A program made the translations under genes and the position numbers. A stretch of 60,295 nucleotides of DNA from a virus. Its lineage: Duplodnaviria; Caudoviricetes. The notes beneath the pieces are model-generated. The model ran no database searches and was not told where the DNA came from. It saw only the letters and a program-made list of their open reading frames with translations. The stretch is taken from IMG/VR virus record IMGVR_UViG_3300021961_000002, positions 1 through 60,295 of that record; one strand, 5' to 3'. This document shows positions 48,663-56,454 of this stretch, piece by piece (position 1 is the first letter of the stretch; every line of letters starts with the position of its first letter).

Positions 48663-49256
48663 ATGGCTTATCCCACTGTTGCAGCCCCGTATGGGTTGCG
48701 CCCGATCAATCTGATCGGTGGGCAGGTCTTTGCTGGTTCTACCCGTCAGATTCCGATTGCTACCAATTCAGCGACGGCCATCTATTATGGTGACGTTGTT
48801 AAATTGATTAGCTCCGGTACCATTGAACGGGACACTGGCACGGATGCTGCTACTCCTGTTGGCGTCTTCCTTGGGTGTACCTACACGGACCCCACTTATG
48901 GATTGACGTTCCGGCAGTATTACCCTGGCACCACGAATATCACCGATGTTACGGCGTATGTTTGCGATGACCCGGATGCGTTGTTCAAGGTCGCTGTTGT
49001 TTCTGCAACGACCACGATTGGTGGCGTCACTCAGACGGTTATCGGTAATAACGCGGTTCTCGTTCAAAATGCTGGTTCTACTATTACTGGTAACTCCAAG
49101 GTCGCGGTGGATGACAATACGGGCACGACTAGCACGTTCCCGGTTCGCATCATTGAAGGCGTTGCGGAGACCAAGAATAGCAGCGGTTCGTACACGGAAG
49201 TTGTCGTGAAATGGAACGCCGGTATGCACCAGTATAATAACTCTACTGGCGTATAG
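48663..49256 (+). CDS. Capsid decoration/minor capsid protein
   Basis: APYGLRP, IYYGD.V, GVFLGC.Y, V.DDP..LF; directly before the MCP. Confidence 0.6.
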   Translation: MAYPTVAAPYGLRPINLIGGQVFAGSTRQIPIATNSATAIYYGDVVKLISSGTIERDTGTDAATPVGVFLGCTYTDPTYGLTFRQYYPGTTNITDVTAYVCDDPDALFKVAVVSATTTIGGVTQTVIGNNAVLVQNAGSTITGNSKVAVDDNTGTTSTFPVRIIEGVAETKNSSGSYTEVVVKWNAGMHQYNNSTGV

Positions 49257-49268
49257 GAGGCTAAATAG

Positions 49269-50183
49269 ATGGCTATTTCACGCGCACAACTACTGAAAGA
49301 GCTGCTTCCCGGCCTTAACGCTTTGTTTGGTCTGGAGTATGCTAAGTACGGCGAAGAGCATAAGGAAATCTTTGAGCAGGAATCTTCGGAGCGTTCGTTC
49401 GAAGAAGAAACCAAGCTCTCTGGCTTTTCTGCTGCTCCCGTCAAGGATGAAGGCTCTGCCATTGCATATGACAATGCGCAGGAAGTCTTCACCGCACGCT
49501 ATAACCACGAAACGATTGCCCTTGGGTTCTCGCTCACGGAAGAAGCGATTGAGGATAACCTCTACGACTCGCTCTCCTCGCGGTACACGAAGGCCCTCGC
49601 TCGCGCTATGGCGTACACGAAGCAGACGAAAGCTGCGGCGATTCTGAACAACGGCTTTGATGGCACGAACTACCCCGGTGGTGACGGCCAAGCTCTTTTC
49701 AGCTCGTCGCATCCGCTTGTTTCTGGCGGTACCAACTCCAACCAGCCTTCGGTGGCTGCTGACCTCAACGAGGCTTCTCTTGAGAACGCGGTTATCGACA
49801 TTGCTGCTTGGACGGATGAACGTGGGCTCTTGATTGCGGCTAAACCTCGCAAGCTCATCGTTCCTCCGGCGTTGATGTTTGTCGCGACTCGTTTGCTCGA
49901 AACTGAGCTTCGTGTCGGCACGGCTGATAACGACATCAATGCGCTCAAGTCGAACGGTTCGATTCCGGAAGGTTATTCGGTTAACCACTTCCTGACGGAC
50001 ACGGACGCTTGGTTCCTTAAAACGGATGTTCCGAATGGTCTTAAACACTTTGTCCGTTCGCCCATGGCGAACTCGATGGACGGTGATTTCGACACCGGCA
50101 ATGTCCGCTACAAGGCCCGCGAGCGTTATTCGTTCGGTTGGTCCGACCCCCTTGGAATGTATGGTTCCCAGGGCGCGGCGTAA
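49269..50183 (+). CDS. Major capsid protein (Mu gpT-like, HK97 fold)
   Basis: MAISRAQLLKELLPGL, GGDGQALFS..HPL, P.KLIVP.AL, DFDTGN.RYKARERYSFG; strong RBS; followed by a terminator. Confidence 0.9.
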   Translation: MAISRAQLLKELLPGLNALFGLEYAKYGEEHKEIFEQESSERSFEEETKLSGFSAAPVKDEGSAIAYDNAQEVFTARYNHETIALGFSLTEEAIEDNLYDSLSSRYTKALARAMAYTKQTKAAAILNNGFDGTNYPGGDGQALFSSSHPLVSGGTNSNQPSVAADLNEASLENAVIDIAAWTDERGLLIAAKPRKLIVPPALMFVATRLLETELRVGTADNDINALKSNGSIPEGYSVNHFLTDTDAWFLKTDVPNGLKHFVRSPMANSMDGDFDTGNVRYKARERYSFGWSDPLGMYGSQGAA

Positions 50184-50189
50184 TGTTAT

Positions 50190-50220
50190 GGGGGGAGGGT
50201 TCGCCCTCCCCCTATTTCTT
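50190..50220 (+). terminator. Rho-independent terminator after MCP
   Basis: GGGGGAGGG-TTCG-CCCTCCCCC then TATTTCTT. Confidence 0.75.
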
Positions 50221-50224
50221 AGAA

Positions 50225-50280
50225 TCCGTACTGACTGATTTGCAGACTTAGTAGAGACAGTGCGGAAAGTGCTACTACAC
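50225..50280 (+). ncRNA. Structured RNA element with pseudoknot (candidate Mu-gpT-DE-like motif)
   Basis: P1 50225-33/50258-66 (9 bp); loop TAGTAG 50249-54 complementary to CTACTA 50272-77, just before the SD. Confidence 0.55.
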
Positions 50281-50290
50281 GGAGATAAAA

Positions 50291-50746
50291 ATGGGTACGA
50301 CAACTTTTAGCGGTCCAGTTAAGGCCGGAACTATTCAGAACACGACGGGCACAACGCTTGGTTCCAATGTAGCGAATGTTGGCTACGTTGTTATGGCGCA
50401 GTCGGCGGCTATCACTCAGAGCACGACGGCGGCGGGAACTGGGATTGTCATCCCGGCTAATTCTCAGATTCTTGAGATCACTGTTTTCGTCACGACAGCT
50501 TTTGATAACTCGGCTACCCTGAGCGTCGGCACTAGCTCTTCATCCAATGAATTGGCGACCGGGGTTGCAGTCTCGACGATCAACACGATTAAACTGGCTT
50601 CGCAGGCGACGATTCCGGATGCGGATGCTTGGGAAGATGTCGGTACCACCGATGTTGAAATCTACGTTGATTCGAGCGCCACGACTGCGGATGCGGGTGT
50701 AGCTACTCTGACGGTTACATATATCCAGAACAACAACCTGGCTTAG
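50291..50746 (+). CDS. Virion structural protein
   Basis: TTFSGPVKAG start, IPANSQI..I; Thr/Ser-rich, beta-rich. Confidence 0.6.
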   Translation: MGTTTFSGPVKAGTIQNTTGTTLGSNVANVGYVVMAQSAAITQSTTAAGTGIVIPANSQILEITVFVTTAFDNSATLSVGTSSSSNELATGVAVSTINTIKLASQATIPDADAWEDVGTTDVEIYVDSSATTADAGVATLTVTYIQNNNLA

Positions 50747-50761
50747 TAAAGGGGATACCTG

Positions 50762-51067
50762 ATGGGTATGCAATACGACGTTAAGGCGTCTAAACCCCTT
50801 ACAGCTACAGGTAGTTTTCTAGATCAGTCAGATAACGCTCTCGGTAGGGTGCGCATTAAGGCCATCTATACCGTGAACGGGGCTTCTGCAGGCTCTGTAG
50901 TCATCTCGGATGGTGACGGTGGTACTACGCTTATCACCCTAAACACCCCTGCAGTGGCTAATGATGGCTCGTCTTATCTGCTTCTACCTGGAGAGGGTAT
51001 TTTGGCGTCGAGTGCCGTCTACGGCACAGTCACGAATACTGCGTCAACCGTTGTTATATACGGGTGA
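50762..51067 (+). CDS. Small virion protein
   Basis: MQYDVKA..R.KAI..LPGEGIL..VIYG. Confidence 0.55.
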   Translation: MGMQYDVKASKPLTATGSFLDQSDNALGRVRIKAIYTVNGASAGSVVISDGDGGTTLITLNTPAVANDGSSYLLLPGEGILASSAVYGTVTNTASTVVIYG

Positions 51068-51070
51068 TTT

Positions 51071-51805
51071 ATGCAGGCAGAGAAGGCTTATGATCTAGCG
51101 GGGCGTAGGCTTTTTGTAGCGCTTCCGGCTTACGACTTTAAGGTGTCGCTTAAGTTAGCGATATCTTTAGCTAAGCTTGCGCAAGCTGCTCCGCAGCACG
51201 GTGTGTCGTTACAGATCGGTAGCATTTGCGGATGTTCGGTAGTGTCTCGGGCTAGGAATTTACTGGCTCAAGACCTACTGGACTCCGACTGCACTGACCT
51301 AATCTTTATCGACTCAGACATTAACTTTGAGGCTGACGATGTATTTCGTCTGCTTGCTTGGGCGTCTGACCCTAAGAAGGCAATAGTTGCCGGGGTTCCC
51401 CGTGTTCGTAACGTCGATAAGATTTACATTGCGGATATGGACTACGACGAGAACAACCAGCTTACTATGAATGGTATGGGGCTCGTTCGCGGTAAGCGTG
51501 TCGCTACTGCGTTCATGCTAGTCCGTAGAGAGGTATTCGATACTCTCGCTAAGAAACACCCTGAGTGGCAGTATTACGATAAAAAGTCTGACCGTATGCT
51601 TACGGCTATGTTTGACTTTATGCTCACCGAAGAAGGCTACATGGGTGAGGATTTCTTATTCTGTGATCGTGCTAGAGCCGAAGGGTTCGAAGTCTGGATC
51701 GACCCGTCTATTAAACTGGGGCATATGGGTGTCCAAGAATACCAAGGCTGTTTTGGCAACGACGTTCTTTATCCGATGATTGTGCCGGGGGAGAAGGTCG
51801 CATAA
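51071..51805 (+). CDS. Glycosyltransferase-like protein (paralogue of 24390..25172)
   Basis: ALPAYD, SVVSRARN, FIDSDI (DxD), ATAFMLVRR, GEDFLFC, LGHMG. Confidence 0.75.
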   Translation: MQAEKAYDLAGRRLFVALPAYDFKVSLKLAISLAKLAQAAPQHGVSLQIGSICGCSVVSRARNLLAQDLLDSDCTDLIFIDSDINFEADDVFRLLAWASDPKKAIVAGVPRVRNVDKIYIADMDYDENNQLTMNGMGLVRGKRVATAFMLVRREVFDTLAKKHPEWQYYDKKSDRMLTAMFDFMLTEEGYMGEDFLFCDRARAEGFEVWIDPSIKLGHMGVQEYQGCFGNDVLYPMIVPGEKVA

Positions 51806-52101
51806 TGGCTACTAAACTTATTTCCAAGAAAACTATGCCGTGCAACAAGGCACGGGCTACCCCTACGCATCCTAAGAAGTCGCACGTCGTTAAGGCTTGC
51901 GAGGGGGGCAAAGAAAAGATCATCCGTTTTGGTCAGCAAGGTAAAAAGGTGGGTACTGTCAGCGGTACTGCTGGTAAACCGAAGGCTGGTGAGTCTCAAC
52001 GGATGAAAAACAAACGTAAATCCTTTAAGGCCCGCCACGCTAAGAATATCGCCCGAGGCAAAATGAGTGCTGCCTACTGGGCCGATAAAGTTAAATGGTA
52101 G
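51805..52101 (+). CDS. Small basic protein
   Basis: Lys/Arg-rich; IRFGQQG..RKSFKARH..SAAYWA..KW. Confidence 0.65.
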   Translation: MATKLISKKTMPCNKARATPTHPKKSHVVKACEGGKEKIIRFGQQGKKVGTVSGTAGKPKAGESQRMKNKRKSFKARHAKNIARGKMSAAYWADKVKW

Positions 52102-52105
52102 CGCC

Positions 52106-52351
52106 ATGGAGATGATGGTATGGAACACTATTCTTTCCGGCGTAGTTGCTGTTATGGCCGTGCTACTTAAAGGAAAGTTTGACGAGCTTAATCGTGTAGG
52201 CATCCTCCTTAATAGGACTAGGGAGGAGGTAGCTCGTGATCATGTTACTCGTGCAGAAGTATCGCGTGATCTGGAAAAACTAATGGAGCGTCTCGATACA
52301 GGCATTAACCGCCTGGAGTCTAAAATCGACGCTTTAGCAAAACGGGGTTAG
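52106..52351 (+). CDS. Small TM + coiled-coil protein
   Basis: Hydrophobic N-terminus, LLNRTREEVAR. Confidence 0.55.
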   Translation: MEMMVWNTILSGVVAVMAVLLKGKFDELNRVGILLNRTREEVARDHVTRAEVSRDLEKLMERLDTGINRLESKIDALAKRG

Positions 52352-52355
52352 AGAG

Positions 52356-52721
52356 ATGGCTGAAGACACACCTCCTACTTGGGAAGAAGTTCAAGAGGCG
52401 TTAAGACGGCAGAGAGCAGCTATTAAAAAGCGCCAAGACGAAGTTGACGAAATCGCGGCGGGGGGAGACGACCCTTTTGATGAGGGGATGTCTTTTGTCA
52501 TTGAAGAGCCGGATGAAGAGTCAAGGAAAAACAACAAAGCCGCTGGTGGTCCGATGCACAGGATGCCTGATGGCTCTATGATGCCTGGTAAGCGGCACGG
52601 CATGGCCCATGGCGGCCCAATGCACAAGAAGAAAGCTTCTAAGAAGAAAAAAGTGTCTGCCGCGTCAAAGCGCGGTGATGGCTGTGCTCGTAAGGGCAAG
52701 ACCAAAGGGCGTATGGTTTAA
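52356..52721 (+). CDS. Small protein, acidic N-half and basic C-half
   Basis: HRMPDGSMM.G..H motif; C-terminal RGDGCARKGKTKGRMV. Confidence 0.6.
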   Translation: MAEDTPPTWEEVQEALRRQRAAIKKRQDEVDEIAAGGDDPFDEGMSFVIEEPDEESRKNNKAAGGPMHRMPDGSMMPGKRHGMAHGGPMHKKKASKKKKVSAASKRGDGCARKGKTKGRMV

Positions 52722-52731
52722 CTTATAACTC

Positions 52732-53010
52732 ATGGAGACTGATATGCGTGGTATGCGGGTTAATAGAGATCGTATGGGTATGGCTATGGATCGCAAAGGT
52801 ATGCGCGGTCCTGGTATGACGCGCCCTGCCGGTATGAAGAAGGGCGGTTCAGTTAAGATGGCTAAAGGCGGTTCTGCTTGTAAACCTAGAGGTATGAAGA
52901 AGGGCGGTTCAGTTAAGATGGCTAAAGGCGGTTATGCTTGTAAACCTAGAGGTATGAAGAAGGGCGGTTCCATCGACGGTTGCGCTGTTAAGGGTAAAAC
53001 CAGACCCTAA
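52732..53010 (+). CDS. Small basic protein with M[AK]KGG repeats
   Basis: 60-bp internal tandem repeat; C-terminal DGCAVKGKT. Confidence 0.6.
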   Translation: METDMRGMRVNRDRMGMAMDRKGMRGPGMTRPAGMKKGGSVKMAKGGSACKPRGMKKGGSVKMAKGGYACKPRGMKKGGSIDGCAVKGKTRP

Positions 53011-53198
53011 TGAAGCCTAAAGCTAAAACTAAGTCGCGGGTAAACGAAGCCGGTAACTACACCAAACCGGGGCTACGTAAGCGGCTGTTTGAGCAGATAA
53101 AGGCAGGTAGTAAAGGCGGTAAGCCTGGGCAATGGAGCGCACGTAAGGCGCAAATGCTAGCTTTGAAATATAAGAACGCTGGCGGAGGCTATAAGTGA
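53010..53198 (+). CDS. Small basic protein (N-half of DUF5872-like family)
   Basis: NYTKP.LR.R....IKAG.KGG.PGQWSARKAQ.LA..YK..GGGY. Confidence 0.65.
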   Translation: MKPKAKTKSRVNEAGNYTKPGLRKRLFEQIKAGSKGGKPGQWSARKAQMLALKYKNAGGGYK

Positions 53199-53464
53199 GT
53201 GCGCTCAAAAAACCCCAGAAAAGCTTGAAAGCTTGGACCAGAGAGAAGTGGCGCACTAAAAGTGGCAAGCCGTCTACGCAGGGGCCTAAAGCTACAGGCG
53301 AACGCTATCTACCTGAAAAGGCTATAAAAGCGCTGTCCACTACGGAATACGCTGCGACTACTAAAGCTAAGCGGGAAGGCACTAAGAAGGGTAAGCAGTT
53401 TGTACCGCAACCCAAAAATGTGCGTAATAAAACCAAAAGGTACAGGACTAATGGCAAAGGATAA
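53195..53464 (+). CDS. Small basic protein (C-half of DUF5872-like family)
   Basis: QKSLKAWT...W.T..GERYLP..A...LS..E...T..KR.G...GKQFV. Confidence 0.65.
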   Translation: MSALKKPQKSLKAWTREKWRTKSGKPSTQGPKATGERYLPEKAIKALSTTEYAATTKAKREGTKKGKQFVPQPKNVRNKTKRYRTNGKG

Positions 53465-53648
53465 AAATTGGATTCAGAAGGCTATTAAGAAGCCTGGAGC
53501 CTTGCGTAAAAGCCTAAAGGCTAAGAAGGGCGAGCCTATTCCCGAAGAGAAGTTGAAGGCAGCAGCTAAGAAACCTGGTAAACTTGGGCAGCGAGCCCGG
53601 TTTGCAATGGTGCTCAAAGGTATGAATAAGGAAAAGAAAGGTAAGTAA
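53451..53648 (+). CDS. Small basic protein
   Basis: WIQKAIKKPGALR..L....G..IP..KL..A....G..GQRAR.A..L; start reassigned to 53451. Confidence 0.65.
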   Translation: MAKDKNWIQKAIKKPGALRKSLKAKKGEPIPEEKLKAAAKKPGKLGQRARFAMVLKGMNKEKKGK

Positions 53649-53649
53649 A

Positions 53650-54255
53650 ATGGGCGTAGGATTATCAATTCCATCGCAATCACAGGCTCAGCCGCAAGGT
53701 ATGGGTGGTACAGCAACGGGTTTTCCTACCACCAATGTTTTGCCGCAGTACGCCGCGCAGCTGGGGAGTGCCCCGCTTGCTGTTCCTAATCCGACGCAGC
53801 AGATGTTGCCTAATCAAGCAGCCTCGCTAGCTTCCTTTCAAGGCGCGCCGATGGGCGCTTTCCCCACACCAAACCCTATGGTCGAACGGCCCCCTACGCT
53901 CGGACAGGCGCAAATGACGGAATCTTTACAGCAGATGTTGCCTAATCAAGCCCCGCTAGCTCCCTTTCAAGGCGCACGGGCCCCTACGCTCGGGCAGGCC
54001 ACAGCAATGGCTCAACAGGCCGCTATGCTACAGCCCCAACAGTCTACCTATGGCGGACCGCTTCAACAGCCCCAACCGCCCGCTATGCTACAGAATTTAT
54101 ATGATAGGTTTTTACAGCAACAGCCTCAACAGCTCCCACCGCCCCAACAGCCTATGCGTGGGCTAGGCGGGTTACAGAATTATATGCAGCCTAACATGGC
54201 GAGGTTTTTACAGCGTAGGGCTCGCATGGCACGGGCGCTCCCCCGGAAAGGGTAG
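53650..54255 (+). CDS. Gln/Pro/Met-rich low-complexity protein
   Basis: 201 aa with internal duplications (QQMLPNQA, PTLGQA, AMLQ). Confidence 0.5.
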   Translation: MGVGLSIPSQSQAQPQGMGGTATGFPTTNVLPQYAAQLGSAPLAVPNPTQQMLPNQAASLASFQGAPMGAFPTPNPMVERPPTLGQAQMTESLQQMLPNQAPLAPFQGARAPTLGQATAMAQQAAMLQPQQSTYGGPLQQPQPPAMLQNLYDRFLQQQPQQLPPPQQPMRGLGGLQNYMQPNMARFLQRRARMARALPRKG

Positions 54256-54258
54256 CTT

Positions 54259-54969
54259 ATGACGACTTCAGGCACTGAGACTTTTAACCTAGACCTCAAT
54301 AACCTTGTTGAGGAGGCGTTTGAACGGTGCGGCGCAGAGCTGCGTACCGGCTATGACATGCGCACGGCTAGACGGAGCCTGAACCTGCTGACCATCGAAT
54401 GGGCGAATCGAGGTATTAACCTTTGGACCATAGAGCAGGGGTCCATTGCTCTAACCCAGGGTACTATAGCTTACAATCTACCTATAGATACCATTGACCT
54501 TTTGGATCACGTCGTTCGGACGGGGACAGGGACGAACCAAAGCGATATAAATATCAGTCGTATTAGTGTGGATACCTACGCTACGATTCCAAATAAGAAC
54601 GCCCAAGGCCGTCCGATACAAGTGTGGATAAATAGGCAGTCCGGGGCTACTGACCCTACTGACGGGGTTGTCTATCCTACGATCAATGTTTGGCCTACCC
54701 CGGATCAGGACAACACTTATACCTTTGTCTATTGGAGATTACGGCGTATTCAAGACGCAGGTAACGGGACTAGCACTCAGGATATTCCCTTTCGGCTTCT
54801 TCCCGCTATGGTAGCTGGTTTGGCCTATTACCTGTCTCTCAAGCTTCCCGATGCTTTGGACCGGACGGCGCTTCTCAAGTCGATGTATGATGAGCAGTGG
54901 GACTTGGCTTCTTCGGAAGACAGAGAGAAAGCGCCCCTACGGCTAGCCCCGAGGCAGTCTTTTATCTAG
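54259..54969 (+). CDS. Head-tail connector/adaptor-type protein
   Basis: EEAFER.G..GYD..TARRSLNL...EWANRG.NLW, GRP, VWPTPD. Confidence 0.6.
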   Translation: MTTSGTETFNLDLNNLVEEAFERCGAELRTGYDMRTARRSLNLLTIEWANRGINLWTIEQGSIALTQGTIAYNLPIDTIDLLDHVVRTGTGTNQSDINISRISVDTYATIPNKNAQGRPIQVWINRQSGATDPTDGVVYPTINVWPTPDQDNTYTFVYWRLRRIQDAGNGTSTQDIPFRLLPAMVAGLAYYLSLKLPDALDRTALLKSMYDEQWDLASSEDREKAPLRLAPRQSFI

Positions 54970-54978
54970 GAGCGGACC

Positions 54979-55332
54979 ATGCCCAATAGGTTTGCTTCAG
55001 GCAAACATGCCATTGCAGAGTGTGATAGGTGTGGCTTTCAGTACAAGCTGAAAGAGCTACGAGAACTTATCGTTAAGACTAAGAACATAAACATCTTGGT
55101 CTGCCCTTCCTGTTGGGAGCCTGATCAACCACAGCTACAGTTAGGTATGTATCCAGTAGATGATCCTCAAGCTTTACGTGACCCCAGACCAGATACCAGC
55201 TATAGTCAGAGCCGTGACATACAGTGGGGTTGGGGGCCTGTCGGGCTGAATAATCCGCTAGGGTTGTCAGGATTAAAGGATAATCTGGTGGCTACGGGGC
55301 AAGTAGGCACTGTAACAGTTACAACTAGCTAG
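54979..55332 (+). CDS. Zn-finger virion-associated protein
   Basis: CDRCGF..VCPSCWEP.QPQL..DPQAL..PRPD. Confidence 0.6.
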   Translation: MPNRFASGKHAIAECDRCGFQYKLKELRELIVKTKNINILVCPSCWEPDQPQLQLGMYPVDDPQALRDPRPDTSYSQSRDIQWGWGPVGLNNPLGLSGLKDNLVATGQVGTVTVTTS

Positions 55333-55341
55333 GAGATTAAC

Positions 55342-55494
55342 ATGGCGAGCAAAAAGTACGGTAACCAGCCCCAGAAGGTTCCGGTTCCTGACTGCAATGG
55401 GTACCCCAACAACATCCCTAACACGCAGACCCAGAAGACGAAGGGCGCTGGCGCAGCTACCAAAGGCACTGGTCATTCCAGCAAGATGGGCTAA
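55342..55494 (+). CDS. Small basic protein (50 aa)
   Basis: RBS AGGAG; ends KGAGAATKGT..KMG; below the ORF-track length cut-off. Confidence 0.6.
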   Translation: MASKKYGNQPQKVPVPDCNGYPNNIPNTQTQKTKGAGAATKGTGHSSKMG

Positions 55495-55497
55495 ACA

Positions 55498-56160
55498 GTG
55501 AACTACGCTACTCTTGTAGATACGATAAAAGCGTATTCGGAGAACGACTTCCCCGATACGGCAGGCTCTGGGGACTTAACCTCCACGGAGCAATTAAACA
55601 CGTTCATCCAGCAGGCTGAACAGCGTATCTATAATACAGTCCAAATACTGGACTTACGGAAGAACGTCACTGGTATGACCACTTCCGGCAATAAATATCT
55701 TACGGTTCCCGATGACTGGTTGGCTACTTTTTCTATGGCCTCTGTGGACCCGTCTGACGGAGCGTATGAGTTTATGCTGGATAAGGATGTTAACTTTATC
55801 CGAGAAGCATTTCCTTACCCAGCAACTACGGGCAAGCCCACCCACTACGCAATGTTTGATGAAAATTCGTTCATCCTAGGGCCTACCCCAGACGCTACCT
55901 ACACGATTGAATTGCATTATTTCTACTACCCCGAGTCTATTGTTACCGCTTCGACAACGTGGCTTGGCGATAACTTCGACTCTGCGCTTTTGTATGGGTC
56001 TCTTTTGGAAGCCTATACATATATGAAGGGCGAGCAAGATGTGCTTGCTATGTACCAGAAGCGGTACGACGAGGCGATGGTGCTTTTGAAACAAATGGCA
56101 GAGGGCAAAAATCGTCAGGATATGTATCGCACACAACAAGTGAGGTATCCGGTAAAATGA
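55498..56160 (+). CDS. Head-tail adaptor-type protein
   Basis: FI.QAEQRIY, G.P.HYA, GPTPD..Y.IELHY, LLYGSL.EA. Confidence 0.6.
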   Translation: MNYATLVDTIKAYSENDFPDTAGSGDLTSTEQLNTFIQQAEQRIYNTVQILDLRKNVTGMTTSGNKYLTVPDDWLATFSMASVDPSDGAYEFMLDKDVNFIREAFPYPATTGKPTHYAMFDENSFILGPTPDATYTIELHYFYYPESIVTASTTWLGDNFDSALLYGSLLEAYTYMKGEQDVLAMYQKRYDEAMVLLKQMAEGKNRQDMYRTQQVRYPVK

Positions 56161-56444
56161 ACGGTGAAGTTGCTTCTCTTTTAGGGGGTAGTGTTGAAGT
56201 CAGAACTACCTCCAACAGGGGTTTTACCCCTGAAGAACTGACAGATATGGCGCTAGATAAAATTATCTATGTGGGTAATGACGCCCATCCCGCCATAACT
56301 GACCAGGCACGAGCTTACAGGGCTCGTATCCGTATGGTTTTGCTTCACTATATGAAGGAAGCAGTGCGGTCTCATAATACTACGTTAACCAATAGACTCG
56401 TGGAAGCTGGACACCGCGAGTTGCTACCTATTCTAGAACCTTAA
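56157..56444 (+). CDS. Hypothetical virion protein
   Basis: V.TT.NRGFTPEE..I.DQARA. Confidence 0.55.
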   Translation: MNGEVASLLGGSVEVRTTSNRGFTPEELTDMALDKIIYVGNDAHPAITDQARAYRARIRMVLLHYMKEAVRSHNTTLTNRLVEAGHRELLPILEP

Positions 56445-56454
56445 GGAGGTTATT

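Noticed and set aside
49290-50303. 337-aa antisense ORF over the major capsid gene
   Set aside because: Expected shadow of biased codon usage in a highly expressed gene; no RBS or recognisable motif.
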